DNA of 44,829 bases, taken from NCBI GenBank assembly GCA_043775535.1, contig JAYVSG010000127.1, forward strand, positions 1-44,829. Direction: 5' to 3'. The notes under the pieces were generated by a model. That model did not search any database, was not told the DNA's origin, and saw nothing but the letters and a program-made list of their open reading frames with translations. Positions 1 through 8,653 of this stretch are shown in pieces (position 1 is the first letter of the stretch; each line of letters opens with the position of its first letter). Made by a program: the position numbers and the translations under genes. The DNA comes from Candidatus Omnitrophota bacterium (GTDB lineage Bacteria > Omnitrophota > Gorgyraeia > Zapsychrales > Fredricksoniimonadaceae).

Positions 1-495
1 GGACAGCAGATGGCAGCAGCGCAACAGATGCAGGCCGCCCAGCTCCTGATGGGCGCGCAGGCCGCGCAAGCCGCACAGGAAGCGCAGCAAGCAGCGCTCG
101 TGTCGAAGGCTGGTCGTCCCTATGAATCGGTTGACCCCTCGCAGATCGAAGACGTGGTTGACATATCTGAAGTTTGGCAAAGCCTTGAGAAAAGCAGCAG
201 GGCGTGGACACTGTTGATCGACCGCCAGGCCAAGATCATGACCGTCGATGAATTCATCAGCCGTTTCCGGAAGCAAGGTGTGCGCATCGGCAAACCCGGC
301 CAGTTCTATGCCCAGATGGTCGAGGACCTGGCATCCCAGAATCCCCGCATGCTCGAGGCCCCTTTCCAGCAGATCATCCAGATGTTGGCCGTCATGGAAT
401 ACGATTTTGACAATGGCACCGACCGCGATGCCCTGGCCCGCAAGGTGCTTGGCCTGCAGGTGTATGAGCAGAACAAAAAACGTTTAGGAAGATAG
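1..495 (+). CDS. Hypothetical protein, 5'-truncated by the window edge. Gln/Ala-rich low-complexity stretch followed by a globular C-terminal part.
   Basis: Frame 1 is open from nt 1, with no stop before the listed ATG at 10, through to the stop at 493-495. The stop lies 1 nt before the glpK start. No family motif recognised. Confidence 0.5.
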   Translation, partial: GQQMAAAQQMQAAQLLMGAQAAQAAQEAQQAALVSKAGRPYESVDPSQIEDVVDISEVWQSLEKSSRAWTLLIDRQAKIMTVDEFISRFRKQGVRIGKPGQFYAQMVEDLASQNPRMLEAPFQQIIQMLAVMEYDFDNGTDRDALARKVLGLQVYEQNKKRLGR

Positions 496-496
496 G

Positions 497-1975
497 ATGC
501 CCAAATACATTCTGGCCATTGATCAGGGCACCACAGGCTCGAGGGCTTTTGTCTTTGATGCAAAGGGCAAGGTCATTGCCCGCGCCTACCGTGAATTCAC
601 GCAATATTTCCCGAAGCCCGGATGGGTGGAGCATGATGCCCTGGGCATCTGGTCTTCCGTCGAGTCCGTGGTCCGCCGCGCCGTTAAAGAGGCGAAGTTA
701 CGCCCCCAGGACATCGCCGCCATCGGCATCACCAACCAAAGGGAGACCACGGTCGTTTGGGACCGTGCCACAGGCAAGCCTTTGCATCGCGCCATTGTCT
801 GGCAGGACCGCCGCACGGCTGCCATGTGTTCGTCGGCCCCGCTCAAGCGCCACGCTGCCTATGTCCGTTCAGCGACGGGACTGCGCTTGGACCCTTATTT
901 CTCCGCCACCAAGCTCCAATGGCTTTTCAAACATGTGCCCGGACTCAAAGCAAAGGCTGACCAGGGGGGCGTGTGTTTTGGGACCATCGATTCATGGCTT
1001 ATGTATAAATTGAGCGGCGGTGCGCTGCATGCGACCGATCTGAGCAATGCCTCGCGTACCATGCTTTTTAATATCCGCACCAAGCAATGGGACAAGCATT
1101 TATTGAACATATTCAATGTGCCCTTGGCATGCCTGCCCCAGGTTTTTCCGTCCGGGAATGAATTCGGCACCACCGCAGCAGTGGCAGGATTACCGTTGGG
1201 CATTCCCATTACGGCTGTGATGGGTGACCAGCAGGCGGCCTTATATGGTCAGGGATGTTTTCTGCCTGGAAGCATCAAGAACACCTATGGCACGGGATGC
1301 TTCATGGTGCTCAATACGGGTAAACATTTGAAACGCGCGGACAATGGCCTATTGACCACCCTGGCTTGCGATGCACAAGGCCGGTCCGTGTATGCCTTGG
1401 AAGGGTCGGTGTTCATCGCCGGGGCAGTGGTGCAGTGGCTGCGTGATGAACTTAAGGTGATCAAGACTTCCGCCGAGGCCCAGGAGGTTGCGGCCCGTGT
1501 GAAGGACACGGCCGGAGTATATTTTGTACCTGCCTTTGCCGGGCTTGGTGCGCCCTATTGGGACCCGGATGCGCGGGGCCTGATCACGGGCTTGACGCGC
1601 GGGGCCAATTTGTCCCATATCGTGCGGGCGGCCATCGAGTCCATGGCCTACCAAAGCAAGGATGTCTTTGACCTGATGTCACAGAGTTCAGGCCTTAAGA
1701 TTAAGTCCATTGCCGTCGACGGCGGCGCCTGCCGCAATAACCTGTTGATGCAATTCCAGGCCGACCTGATCGGAGCCAGTGTGGTCCGTCCTAAAATGGT
1801 CGACTCAACCGTGGCCGGCGCGGCACATCTGGCCGGTGTCACGGCCGGGCTGTGGTCGGTGAAAGATTTGGCCCGGATGCGCGGTACGGACAAGGTGTTC
1901 CGCCCGTCCATGCCGGCCAGTGAAGCTCGGGCGAAATATGCCGGCTGGCAGGCTGCGGTCAAGCGGGCCCTATGA
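497..1975 (+). CDS. glpK: Glycerol kinase
   Basis: 492 aa. N-terminal LAIDQGTTGSRAFVFD...YFPKPGWVEHDA matches the FGGY/GlpK signature along the full length. AGGAAG lies upstream of the ATG. Confidence 0.95.
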   Translation: MPKYILAIDQGTTGSRAFVFDAKGKVIARAYREFTQYFPKPGWVEHDALGIWSSVESVVRRAVKEAKLRPQDIAAIGITNQRETTVVWDRATGKPLHRAIVWQDRRTAAMCSSAPLKRHAAYVRSATGLRLDPYFSATKLQWLFKHVPGLKAKADQGGVCFGTIDSWLMYKLSGGALHATDLSNASRTMLFNIRTKQWDKHLLNIFNVPLACLPQVFPSGNEFGTTAAVAGLPLGIPITAVMGDQQAALYGQGCFLPGSIKNTYGTGCFMVLNTGKHLKRADNGLLTTLACDAQGRSVYALEGSVFIAGAVVQWLRDELKVIKTSAEAQEVAARVKDTAGVYFVPAFAGLGAPYWDPDARGLITGLTRGANLSHIVRAAIESMAYQSKDVFDLMSQSSGLKIKSIAVDGGACRNNLLMQFQADLIGASVVRPKMVDSTVAGAAHLAGVTAGLWSVKDLARMRGTDKVFRPSMPASEARAKYAGWQAAVKRAL

Positions 1976-2217
1976 AGGACTGGTCCGTATACATCGTGCG
2001 CTGCAGCGACGGGACCCTGTATACCGGATCCACCAATGATATCGAACGCCGCCTTAAGATGCACAATGAAGGCAAGGGCGCACGGTATACGTCCGGCCGG
2101 GGACCGGTGCAATTAGGATATAGAGAGAACGGCTGGACCAAGTCCCAGGCATTCGCGCGCGAGGCCGCCATCAAGTCTTTGACCCGTCTTGATAAAATAA
2201 AACTCTGCAATATGTGA
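1972..2217 (+). CDS. GIY-YIG domain protein (UPF0213/YhbQ-like small nuclease-fold protein)
   Basis: 81 aa. WSVYIVRCSDGTLYTGSTNDIERRLKMHNEG reads as the GIY...YTG...R..H motif set. ATGA overlap with the glpK stop. Confidence 0.85.
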   Translation: MKDWSVYIVRCSDGTLYTGSTNDIERRLKMHNEGKGARYTSGRGPVQLGYRENGWTKSQAFAREAAIKSLTRLDKIKLCNM

Positions 2218-2224
2218 GATCAGT

Positions 2225-3727
2225 GTGAACCGCGACCTTAAAAGATTCCCTAAAAGGCATTACGACCTTCTCGTCATAGGCGGAGGCATCAATGGTGCGG
2301 CCATTGCCAACCTGGCCGCGGCGGCCGGTGCGCGTGTCGCCTTGGTCGAGAAAGCGGATTGGGCATCGGGCACGTCGAGCAAATCCACCAAGCTGCTCCA
2401 TGGCGGCATCCGTTACCTTGAGAATTTTGAATTCGACCTGGTCGCTGAATCCCTGAAAGAGCGTTTCATCCAATGGAAGAATGTGCCGTACCTGGTCAAG
2501 CCCGTGCGTTTTGTGGTGCCGGTATACAAGGGTGCGGGTCGGCCATTGTGGATGATGAAATTGGGCGTCTGGCTTTATGACCTTTTAAGCGGCCGTTACA
2601 GTCTTGGCGGCCATGCGACCCTTTCCGTTGAAGAAGTTTTGCAGCTGGCGCCGGGCATTGAACAGGACGGGTTGGCCGGCGGGGTCTCCTATTTTGACGC
2701 GCAAATGGATGACGCGCGCATCTGCCTTGAGAATGTGCTGATGGCTAGGAAGCGCGGGGCGGACATTGCCAATTATGTGGAGGTGGTGGAATTCTTGAAG
2801 GTCAACGGCAGGGCCACGGGCGTGCGCGTGCGCGACACTCTTTCCGGTGATGTGGCGCAGATCATGGCGGAAAAGATCATTGTGGCCGCCGGGCCATGGT
2901 CGGACCGGATGAAGCACAAGGACAGTCCGCAGTCACGCCCCTGTTTGAGGCCCACCAAGGGCGTGCACATTGTGCATAAGGGAACGATCGGGGAGAATGC
3001 ATTTTTATTGCAGAACAAGGACGACAAGCGCATCTTTTTCATCATTCCCTTCAAGGGCAATATGCTCATCGGCACCACGGACACCGACTACAAGGACATG
3101 CCGGACCAGGTGCGGGTGGAAGAAGAGGACATTGACTATTTACTGAGCCGCTCCAAGGCCGCCTTTCCCGCACTGGATTTTTCCAGGGAAGGGATCATCA
3201 GCACCTTTGCCGGCTTAAGGCCCTTGGTCCATGAACGCGGGTCCCCGTCGAAGGTGTCGCGCAAGCATGTGCTTGAACGGAATTTTTCCGGCGTTTATTA
3301 TGTGATGGGAGGCAAATACACCACCTACCGGGCCATTGCCCGGGAATGTGTGGCCAAGCTTTTGCCCGACCGCGTCCGGCGTTTGCCCGGCGGGGAACAT
3401 TATGCCCTGTTCGGCAGCGGCCTGGTGCATGAAGATGTGAGGACCACGGCCGTGCGTTACGGGGTCCCGGCGGAGACCGTGCAGTACCTCATGTCCCTGT
3501 ATGGCAGTCGTTTCAGCGATGTGCTGGCACTGACGGAAGCCGACCATTCCCTCAAGGGCAAGCTGTGCACCTGTTCCCCGGCCATCCGTGCGCAGGTGCT
3601 GTATTCGCTCAATACGGAAATGGCCATGGGCGTGGATGATATTTATGACCGCCGTTTGGGTTTGAGCTATAATAACTGCCCCGACCGGAAATGCCGGCAG
3701 GCGATCGTTGAAATGTTAAAACAATAA
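2225..3727 (+). CDS. glpD: FAD-dependent glycerol-3-phosphate dehydrogenase/oxidase
   Basis: 500 aa with a GTG start. DLLVIGGGINGAAIA...SGTSSKSTKLLHGGIRYLE closely parallels the GlpD N-terminus. Sits in glpK context. Confidence 0.9.
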   Translation: MNRDLKRFPKRHYDLLVIGGGINGAAIANLAAAAGARVALVEKADWASGTSSKSTKLLHGGIRYLENFEFDLVAESLKERFIQWKNVPYLVKPVRFVVPVYKGAGRPLWMMKLGVWLYDLLSGRYSLGGHATLSVEEVLQLAPGIEQDGLAGGVSYFDAQMDDARICLENVLMARKRGADIANYVEVVEFLKVNGRATGVRVRDTLSGDVAQIMAEKIIVAAGPWSDRMKHKDSPQSRPCLRPTKGVHIVHKGTIGENAFLLQNKDDKRIFFIIPFKGNMLIGTTDTDYKDMPDQVRVEEEDIDYLLSRSKAAFPALDFSREGIISTFAGLRPLVHERGSPSKVSRKHVLERNFSGVYYVMGGKYTTYRAIARECVAKLLPDRVRRLPGGEHYALFGSGLVHEDVRTTAVRYGVPAETVQYLMSLYGSRFSDVLALTEADHSLKGKLCTCSPAIRAQVLYSLNTEMAMGVDDIYDRRLGLSYNNCPDRKCRQAIVEMLKQ

Positions 3728-3738
3728 CAGAGGGGCAT

Positions 3739-4809
3739 ATGAACACTGAATCCAAAACATTTTTAGTTGACCTTTTAAGCCAATGCGGGCCTTCCAGCGC
3801 CGAGGAAGCAAACCGTGCCGTATGGGTGAAGCGCACACAGAAATTTGCGGATCAATTGCGTGTGGATGTGCACGGCAATGCCATTGCGGCATTGAACCCG
3901 AAAGCAGAATTCAAGGTCATGCTGGCCGGCCATATTGATGAGATCGGATTTTTGGTTTCCCATATCGACAAGGAAGGTTTCCTTTATGTCATCGCCATCG
4001 GTGGCATCGATCCGGCCGTACTGCCCGGGACCTCGGTCAAGATATTGACCGCCAACGGCCCCATCGACGGCATCATTGGCAAGAAGCCCATCCATTTGAT
4101 GGAAGAGAGCGAACGCGGCAAGGCCATGCAGATCAAGGATTTTTGGATCGACATCGGCGCCAGCGACCGGGAAGATGCCTTGAAGGTTGTTGAGTTGGGA
4201 GACCCTGTTTCTTATGCGCCCAACGTGAAATTCTTGCGTAATGACATGTTCACCTCCAAGGGCTGCGACGACAAAGTCGGCGCCTTTGTTGTCTCCGAAG
4301 TCGTTAAGATCCTGGCCGCCTCCAAAAAGCTCGACAAGAAGATCGGTGTGTGGTCGGTTGCAACCGTGCAGGAAGAAGTTGGCTTGAGGGGCGCCCGCAC
4401 ATCCGCCTTCGGCATTGCCCCGCACGCGGCCATTGCCGTGGATGTCGGCTTCGCGTCCGACACACCGGGCATCGACAAGAAGGTCGTCGGTGAAGTGGCC
4501 CTGGGCAAAGGCCCTGTCCTGCACAAGGGTCCGAATACCAATCATATCCTGGGAGATCTCCTGGCCAAGACAGCCAAGGCCAAAAAGATCCCGTACCAAT
4601 TCTCTTCGCTTGGACGCCCGGACGGCACGGACACCGGTGCCATCCAGATCGCCCGCGACGGCACGGCCACGGCCCTGGTCAGCATACCGAATCGCTATAT
4701 GCATACCATGGTCGAGACCTGCTCGCTGACCGACTTGGTCCATTCCGCGGAACTCATTGCCCAGAGCATTCTGGCCATGAAGCCCGGGATGAGCTTTGTC
4801 CCCAGATAA
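3739..4809 (+). CDS. M42 family metallopeptidase (glutamyl aminopeptidase / FrvX-like)
   Basis: 356 aa. GHIDEIGFLVSHIDKEGFL, GCDDKVGA and QEEVGLRGA are typical M42 metal-ligand motifs. GAGGGG RBS. Confidence 0.85.
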   Translation: MNTESKTFLVDLLSQCGPSSAEEANRAVWVKRTQKFADQLRVDVHGNAIAALNPKAEFKVMLAGHIDEIGFLVSHIDKEGFLYVIAIGGIDPAVLPGTSVKILTANGPIDGIIGKKPIHLMEESERGKAMQIKDFWIDIGASDREDALKVVELGDPVSYAPNVKFLRNDMFTSKGCDDKVGAFVVSEVVKILAASKKLDKKIGVWSVATVQEEVGLRGARTSAFGIAPHAAIAVDVGFASDTPGIDKKVVGEVALGKGPVLHKGPNTNHILGDLLAKTAKAKKIPYQFSSLGRPDGTDTGAIQIARDGTATALVSIPNRYMHTMVETCSLTDLVHSAELIAQSILAMKPGMSFVPR

Positions 4810-5741
4810 TGACCGCATTGTTCAAAGCCGCCTTTGAGAAACGCATTCCCCTGCGTGAGCACACCAATGCCCTGCGCCTGGTCAATGGGCGGGGCGACGG
4901 TCTCGATGGGCTCATTCTTGAGGAATACAACGGCCATTTCGTGGCCCAGGCTTTTGAATCCCGCTGGGTTGCGCAGGCAGAGCTGATCGCAGAGATCGTG
5001 CGCACCCACTTCAAACCGCAATGCCTCCTGCTCAAGGACCGTTCCACGACGGCCTCATCTGCTGCCGACGACATTACATCCCGCTTCCTGATCAAGGGGG
5101 CGTCCCAAACAACAGTCCAAGAATATGGGCTTTCGTTCGCGGTCGATGTGCATGACGGATTGAATGCGGGATTGTTCCTGGACATGCGCGCCAATCGTCG
5201 GATGGCAGGCGCGGTCTGTAAGGACAAAAAGGTGCTCAACTGTTTTTCCTATACCTGTTCCTTCGGCGTGCATGCGCGCGCCAATGGTGCCGCCGAGGTC
5301 TTGAATGTGGACTTGAGCCGCAATTACCTTAAGCGCGGGCAGGACAATTATGCTTTGAATAAGTTTGCGCCTGGACGCGGTGAGTTCCTTTGTTTTGACG
5401 CGGTAGAATTTTTGGAAAAAGCGGTCAAGAAGGCCAATTGTTTTGATGTGATCATCATCGATCCGCCGTCCTTTGCGCGGGGGGACAAAAAGACCTTCCA
5501 GGTCAAGCGCGACCTCCCGGCGTTATTGGACAATGCCGTGAAGGTGATCACTCCTGGCGGGCATATCCTTGTTTCCACGAATTTCAACGGCATTGCGCAT
5601 ACGGACCTCAAGGGCATGTTAAAGCACGCCGCTGACAGCCGGCCCATCAAGGACATGGCCCCCATCGGGCAGGACAAGGATTTTCCCGGCACCAATACCT
5701 TCAAAGAAAGTTATCTGGCGGGCGTATGGGCATCATTTTAG
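4809..5741 (+). CDS. Class I SAM-dependent RNA methyltransferase (RlmI/RlmK-like)
   Basis: 310 aa. LNCFSYTCSFGVHA (SAM motif I region) and IIIDPPSF (motif IV). TAATG overlap with the upstream gene. Confidence 0.7.
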   Translation: MTALFKAAFEKRIPLREHTNALRLVNGRGDGLDGLILEEYNGHFVAQAFESRWVAQAELIAEIVRTHFKPQCLLLKDRSTTASSAADDITSRFLIKGASQTTVQEYGLSFAVDVHDGLNAGLFLDMRANRRMAGAVCKDKKVLNCFSYTCSFGVHARANGAAEVLNVDLSRNYLKRGQDNYALNKFAPGRGEFLCFDAVEFLEKAVKKANCFDVIIIDPPSFARGDKKTFQVKRDLPALLDNAVKVITPGGHILVSTNFNGIAHTDLKGMLKHAADSRPIKDMAPIGQDKDFPGTNTFKESYLAGVWASF

Positions 5742-6433
5742 GCAAGGTCGCTTTGGAACGCGCCCTGTCCAAACTGGGTCTCGCATCGCGTTCACAAACA
5801 CGCCAATGGATATTGGAGGGACGGCTTGGTGTCAATGGCCGGACCGTCAAGGACCCTGATTTCCTAGTTGTTCCTGAGAAAGATGTTTTTACCGTCGACG
5901 GCAAGGCCCTGAAGCCAGCGGCCCGGCAGACCATCATGCTCAATAAACCCAAAGGCTATGTGACGACCAAGAGCGACGAGAAAGGCCGCAAGACCGTCTA
6001 TGATCTCTTGCCGAAAGAGCTGCATAATCTGCATCCGGTCGGCCGCCTGGACATGAACACCACCGGCCTCCTACTGTTGACCAATGACACCAAATTATCG
6101 AGTTACCTGACCGAACCCTCCAATGGCATTGAACGTGAATATGTCGTGAGCGTTGAAGGCAGGATCGAGGACAAGGACATTGAAGTTCTCTTGGCAGGCA
6201 TTGAGGACGACGGAGAGATCCTTAAGGCCAGTCAATTGACCGCGCGCAAGATCAGCGGCCGCGAATCACATTTGGATGTTATCCTGACCGAAGGCAAGAA
6301 CCGCGAGATCCGCCGCATGTTCAAGGCCATCGGCCATGAAGTGATCTCCCTTAAGCGCATTGCGTTTGGCACCGTCACCCTGGGCGATCTGCCGTCGGGC
6401 CAGTATAAGAATATCAGCATGGGTCAGCCATGA
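5726..6433 (+). CDS. Pseudouridine synthase, RsuA/RluB family (S4 domain plus catalytic domain)
   Basis: 235 aa. S4-like LERALSKLGLASRSQTRQWILEGRLGVNG and the catalytic HPVGRLDMNTTGLLLLTND motif. Confidence 0.85.
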   Translation: MGIILGKVALERALSKLGLASRSQTRQWILEGRLGVNGRTVKDPDFLVVPEKDVFTVDGKALKPAARQTIMLNKPKGYVTTKSDEKGRKTVYDLLPKELHNLHPVGRLDMNTTGLLLLTNDTKLSSYLTEPSNGIEREYVVSVEGRIEDKDIEVLLAGIEDDGEILKASQLTARKISGRESHLDVILTEGKNREIRRMFKAIGHEVISLKRIAFGTVTLGDLPSGQYKNISMGQP

Positions 6434-7659
6434 TCTACGATTCCATCATCATAGGCGCAGGTGCGGCAGGTTTGATGACTGCGATCACGGCCGCGCGGGG
6501 CGGGGCTCAGGTGCTCCTGTTGGACGGTCAGAAGAAGATCGGGGCCAAGATACTCATGTCTGGCGGCACCCGCTGCAATGTCACCAACAAGGCGGTGAGC
6601 GAGAAGGATTACAACAGCGGTCAGCGGATGCGCGTGCGCAATATCCTGCGCGGTTTCGACAATATCCAGGCCATCCGTTTTTTCAAGGAGATCGGGGTGG
6701 AGCTGGTGCTCGAGCCCACAGGGAAATATTTCCCGACCACACATTCAGGCAAAACAGTCCTCGATGCCCTGCTCGCCGAATGCGGCAAGTTGAATATCGA
6801 GGTCAAGGCGGAGCATAAGGTGGAAGCGGTCACTTTTGCAGAGGGCATTTTTACCGTGCGCGGCAATGGATTTGGTTTTCAAGGCAGGACGGCCGTTCTC
6901 ACGACCGGCGGCCTTTCCTATCCCGGCACGGGCAGCGACGGGATTGGATTCCGAATTGCCCAGTCCTTCGGCCATACGGTCTTAGACACCATGCCGGCCC
7001 TGACACCGCTCACCACGGATGATGAAGAGTTAAAGTCGATCAGCGGCATTGCCCTCCCCGTTGCGCTGGACCTTTACAGCAAGGGTAAAAAGAAGCTTTC
7101 CATGACGGGGGACTTCCTGTTCACGCACATCGGCTTCAGCGGCCCCGTGGCCTTGGACATCAGCCGGCATTGGCTGGCCTGTGCCGCACAGTCCCCGCAG
7201 ATCTTTGCGAATTTTTTCCCTGAACATACGACCGAGACGTTCACAGCCTTCATACAAGATGAAAGCATCAAGCATCCCAAGAAGACGCTCAGGACCGTCT
7301 TGACCGACAGGATGGCCCAGCGCATGGCGGCGGTATTGCTGGCCAAACAAAAACTCGATGGCAATGTCCTGCTCAACCAATTGGGCAAGGAAGCCCGCCG
7401 GAGGTTGGCCGAAGCCTGCACGCATTATCCGCTTGCCATCAGCGGGGCGGTTGGATATAGTAAGGCAGAAGTCACTGCAGGCGGTGTTGACCTCGCTGAA
7501 GTCAATCCCAAAACGCTTGAGTCGAATGAACAACAAGGGCTGTTCTTGGCCGGCGAAGTTTTGGACGTCGACGGCAGGATCGGTGGTTTTAATTTCCAAT
7601 GGGCCTGGGCCAGCGGGCATGCTGCGGGACAGGCGATCGCACGAAAGGAAAAGAAATGA
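6430..7659 (+). CDS. HI0933/YhiN-like FAD-binding flavoprotein (aminoacetone-oxidase-like family)
   Basis: 409 aa. IIIGAGAAGLM dinucleotide fold, MSGGTRCNVTN, and the C-terminal GEVLDVDGRIGGFNFQWAWASG signature. Confidence 0.85.
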   Translation: MIYDSIIIGAGAAGLMTAITAARGGAQVLLLDGQKKIGAKILMSGGTRCNVTNKAVSEKDYNSGQRMRVRNILRGFDNIQAIRFFKEIGVELVLEPTGKYFPTTHSGKTVLDALLAECGKLNIEVKAEHKVEAVTFAEGIFTVRGNGFGFQGRTAVLTTGGLSYPGTGSDGIGFRIAQSFGHTVLDTMPALTPLTTDDEELKSISGIALPVALDLYSKGKKKLSMTGDFLFTHIGFSGPVALDISRHWLACAAQSPQIFANFFPEHTTETFTAFIQDESIKHPKKTLRTVLTDRMAQRMAAVLLAKQKLDGNVLLNQLGKEARRRLAEACTHYPLAISGAVGYSKAEVTAGGVDLAEVNPKTLESNEQQGLFLAGEVLDVDGRIGGFNFQWAWASGHAAGQAIARKEKK

Positions 7660-8036
7660 GCAAGAAGATCATCAAGACAGACAAGGCATCCTTACCCGTT
7701 GGGCCGTACAACCAGGCTGTTTCCATCGGGAATTTAATTTATACGGCAGGACAGATCCCCCTCGACAGGTTAGGCAACATGGTCGCCGGCGGCATCAAGG
7801 AACAGACCCAGCAGGTGTTGGAAAATGTGAAGTCGGTGATCGAGGCCGGCGGTTCCAAGCTCGACAATGTCGTCAAGGCCACGGTGTTCCTGAAAGACCT
7901 CAATGATTTTGCAGGCATGAACGAGATCTACAGCCAGTATTTCAAGTCAGAGAATGCACCGGCGCGCACCACCATCCAGGTCTCCCGCATTCCCAAGGAT
8001 TCCCTGGTCGAGATCGAAGTCGTTGCCCATACCTAA
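7656..8036 (+). CDS. ridA: RidA/YjgF family reactive-intermediate deaminase
   Basis: The listed ORF starts at 7599, but MSKKIIKTDKA... at 7656 gives a typical 126-aa RidA (PVGPYNQAVSIGNLIYTAGQIPL). This start also makes an ATGA overlap with the upstream stop. Confidence 0.9.
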   Translation: MSKKIIKTDKASLPVGPYNQAVSIGNLIYTAGQIPLDRLGNMVAGGIKEQTQQVLENVKSVIEAGGSKLDNVVKATVFLKDLNDFAGMNEIYSQYFKSENAPARTTIQVSRIPKDSLVEIEVVAHT

Positions 8037-8044
8037 GGAGCGAT

Positions 8045-8617
8045 ATGAAATATTGTGCGATGGTCTTGATGACTGCGTCATTGCTCTTGAGCGGTGCCTG
8101 CCAAACGTATGCAGCAGGAGGAGAAACCATGCCCAGGAGCATTTATGATCTTACCGTCAAGACCATCGATGGCCAGGAGAAGTCCCTTGCGGATTACAAG
8201 GGCAAGGCGCTTTTGATCGTGAATACCGCAAGCCATTGTGGCTTTACCTCGCAGTACAAAGGACTGGAAGCCCTATATCAGGAATATCGGTCCCAAGGTT
8301 TCGAAGTCCTGGGTTTCCCGGCCAATAATTTCATGGGCCAGGAGCCGGGCAGTAATGAAGAGATCAAGAAATTCTGCGAGTTGAAATACAAGACCACCTT
8401 CCCGATGTTTGCCAAGATCAGTGTGGCTGGAGGGGATCAAGCCCCGCTCTATGCCTACTTGACCAAGGAGAGCCCTTTCCCGGGATCTATCTCCTGGAAT
8501 TTCAACAAGTTCCTGATCGACCCCACGGGCCGGGTGGCTGCGCGTTTTGATTCCAGGGTGACTCCCCAAGCGCCTGAACTGGTGGAAGAGTTAAAGAAGG
8601 TCCTGCCCAAGCCGTAA
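8045..8617 (+). CDS. Glutathione peroxidase family protein with N-terminal signal peptide (Cys type)
   Basis: 190 aa. LIVNTASHCGFTSQY, FPANNFMGQEPG and WNFNKFLID motifs. A hydrophobic N-terminal leader precedes the mature domain. Confidence 0.9.
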   Translation: MKYCAMVLMTASLLLSGACQTYAAGGETMPRSIYDLTVKTIDGQEKSLADYKGKALLIVNTASHCGFTSQYKGLEALYQEYRSQGFEVLGFPANNFMGQEPGSNEEIKKFCELKYKTTFPMFAKISVAGGDQAPLYAYLTKESPFPGSISWNFNKFLIDPTGRVAARFDSRVTPQAPELVEELKKVLPKP

Positions 8618-8653
8618 GTGGCATCAAGTATATATATATGGTATCCTTTCGGC

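Noticed and set aside
3775-4818. 347-aa ORF on the minus strand
   Set aside because: It is fully antisense to the well-supported M42 peptidase gene. Its Arg/Gly/Ala-rich, low-complexity translation is typical of shadow ORFs in GC-rich DNA, and it shows no motifs.
7599-7655. Upstream extension of the ridA ORF
   Set aside because: It would overlap the flavoprotein gene by 61 nt and add a non-homologous Gly/Cys-rich leader. The ATG at 7656 forms the usual ATGA junction.
8237-8239. Possible selenocysteine in the glutathione peroxidase active site
   Set aside because: The active-site codon is TGT (Cys), not TGA, and no SECIS-like hairpin is needed.
8629-8639. (TA)5-6 dinucleotide run 15 nt upstream of the giant gene ATG; possible phase-variable promoter element
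   Set aside because: It is too short for convincing slipped-strand switching. It is more simply read as a TATA-rich -10-like box or chance, and this cannot be assessed without population data.
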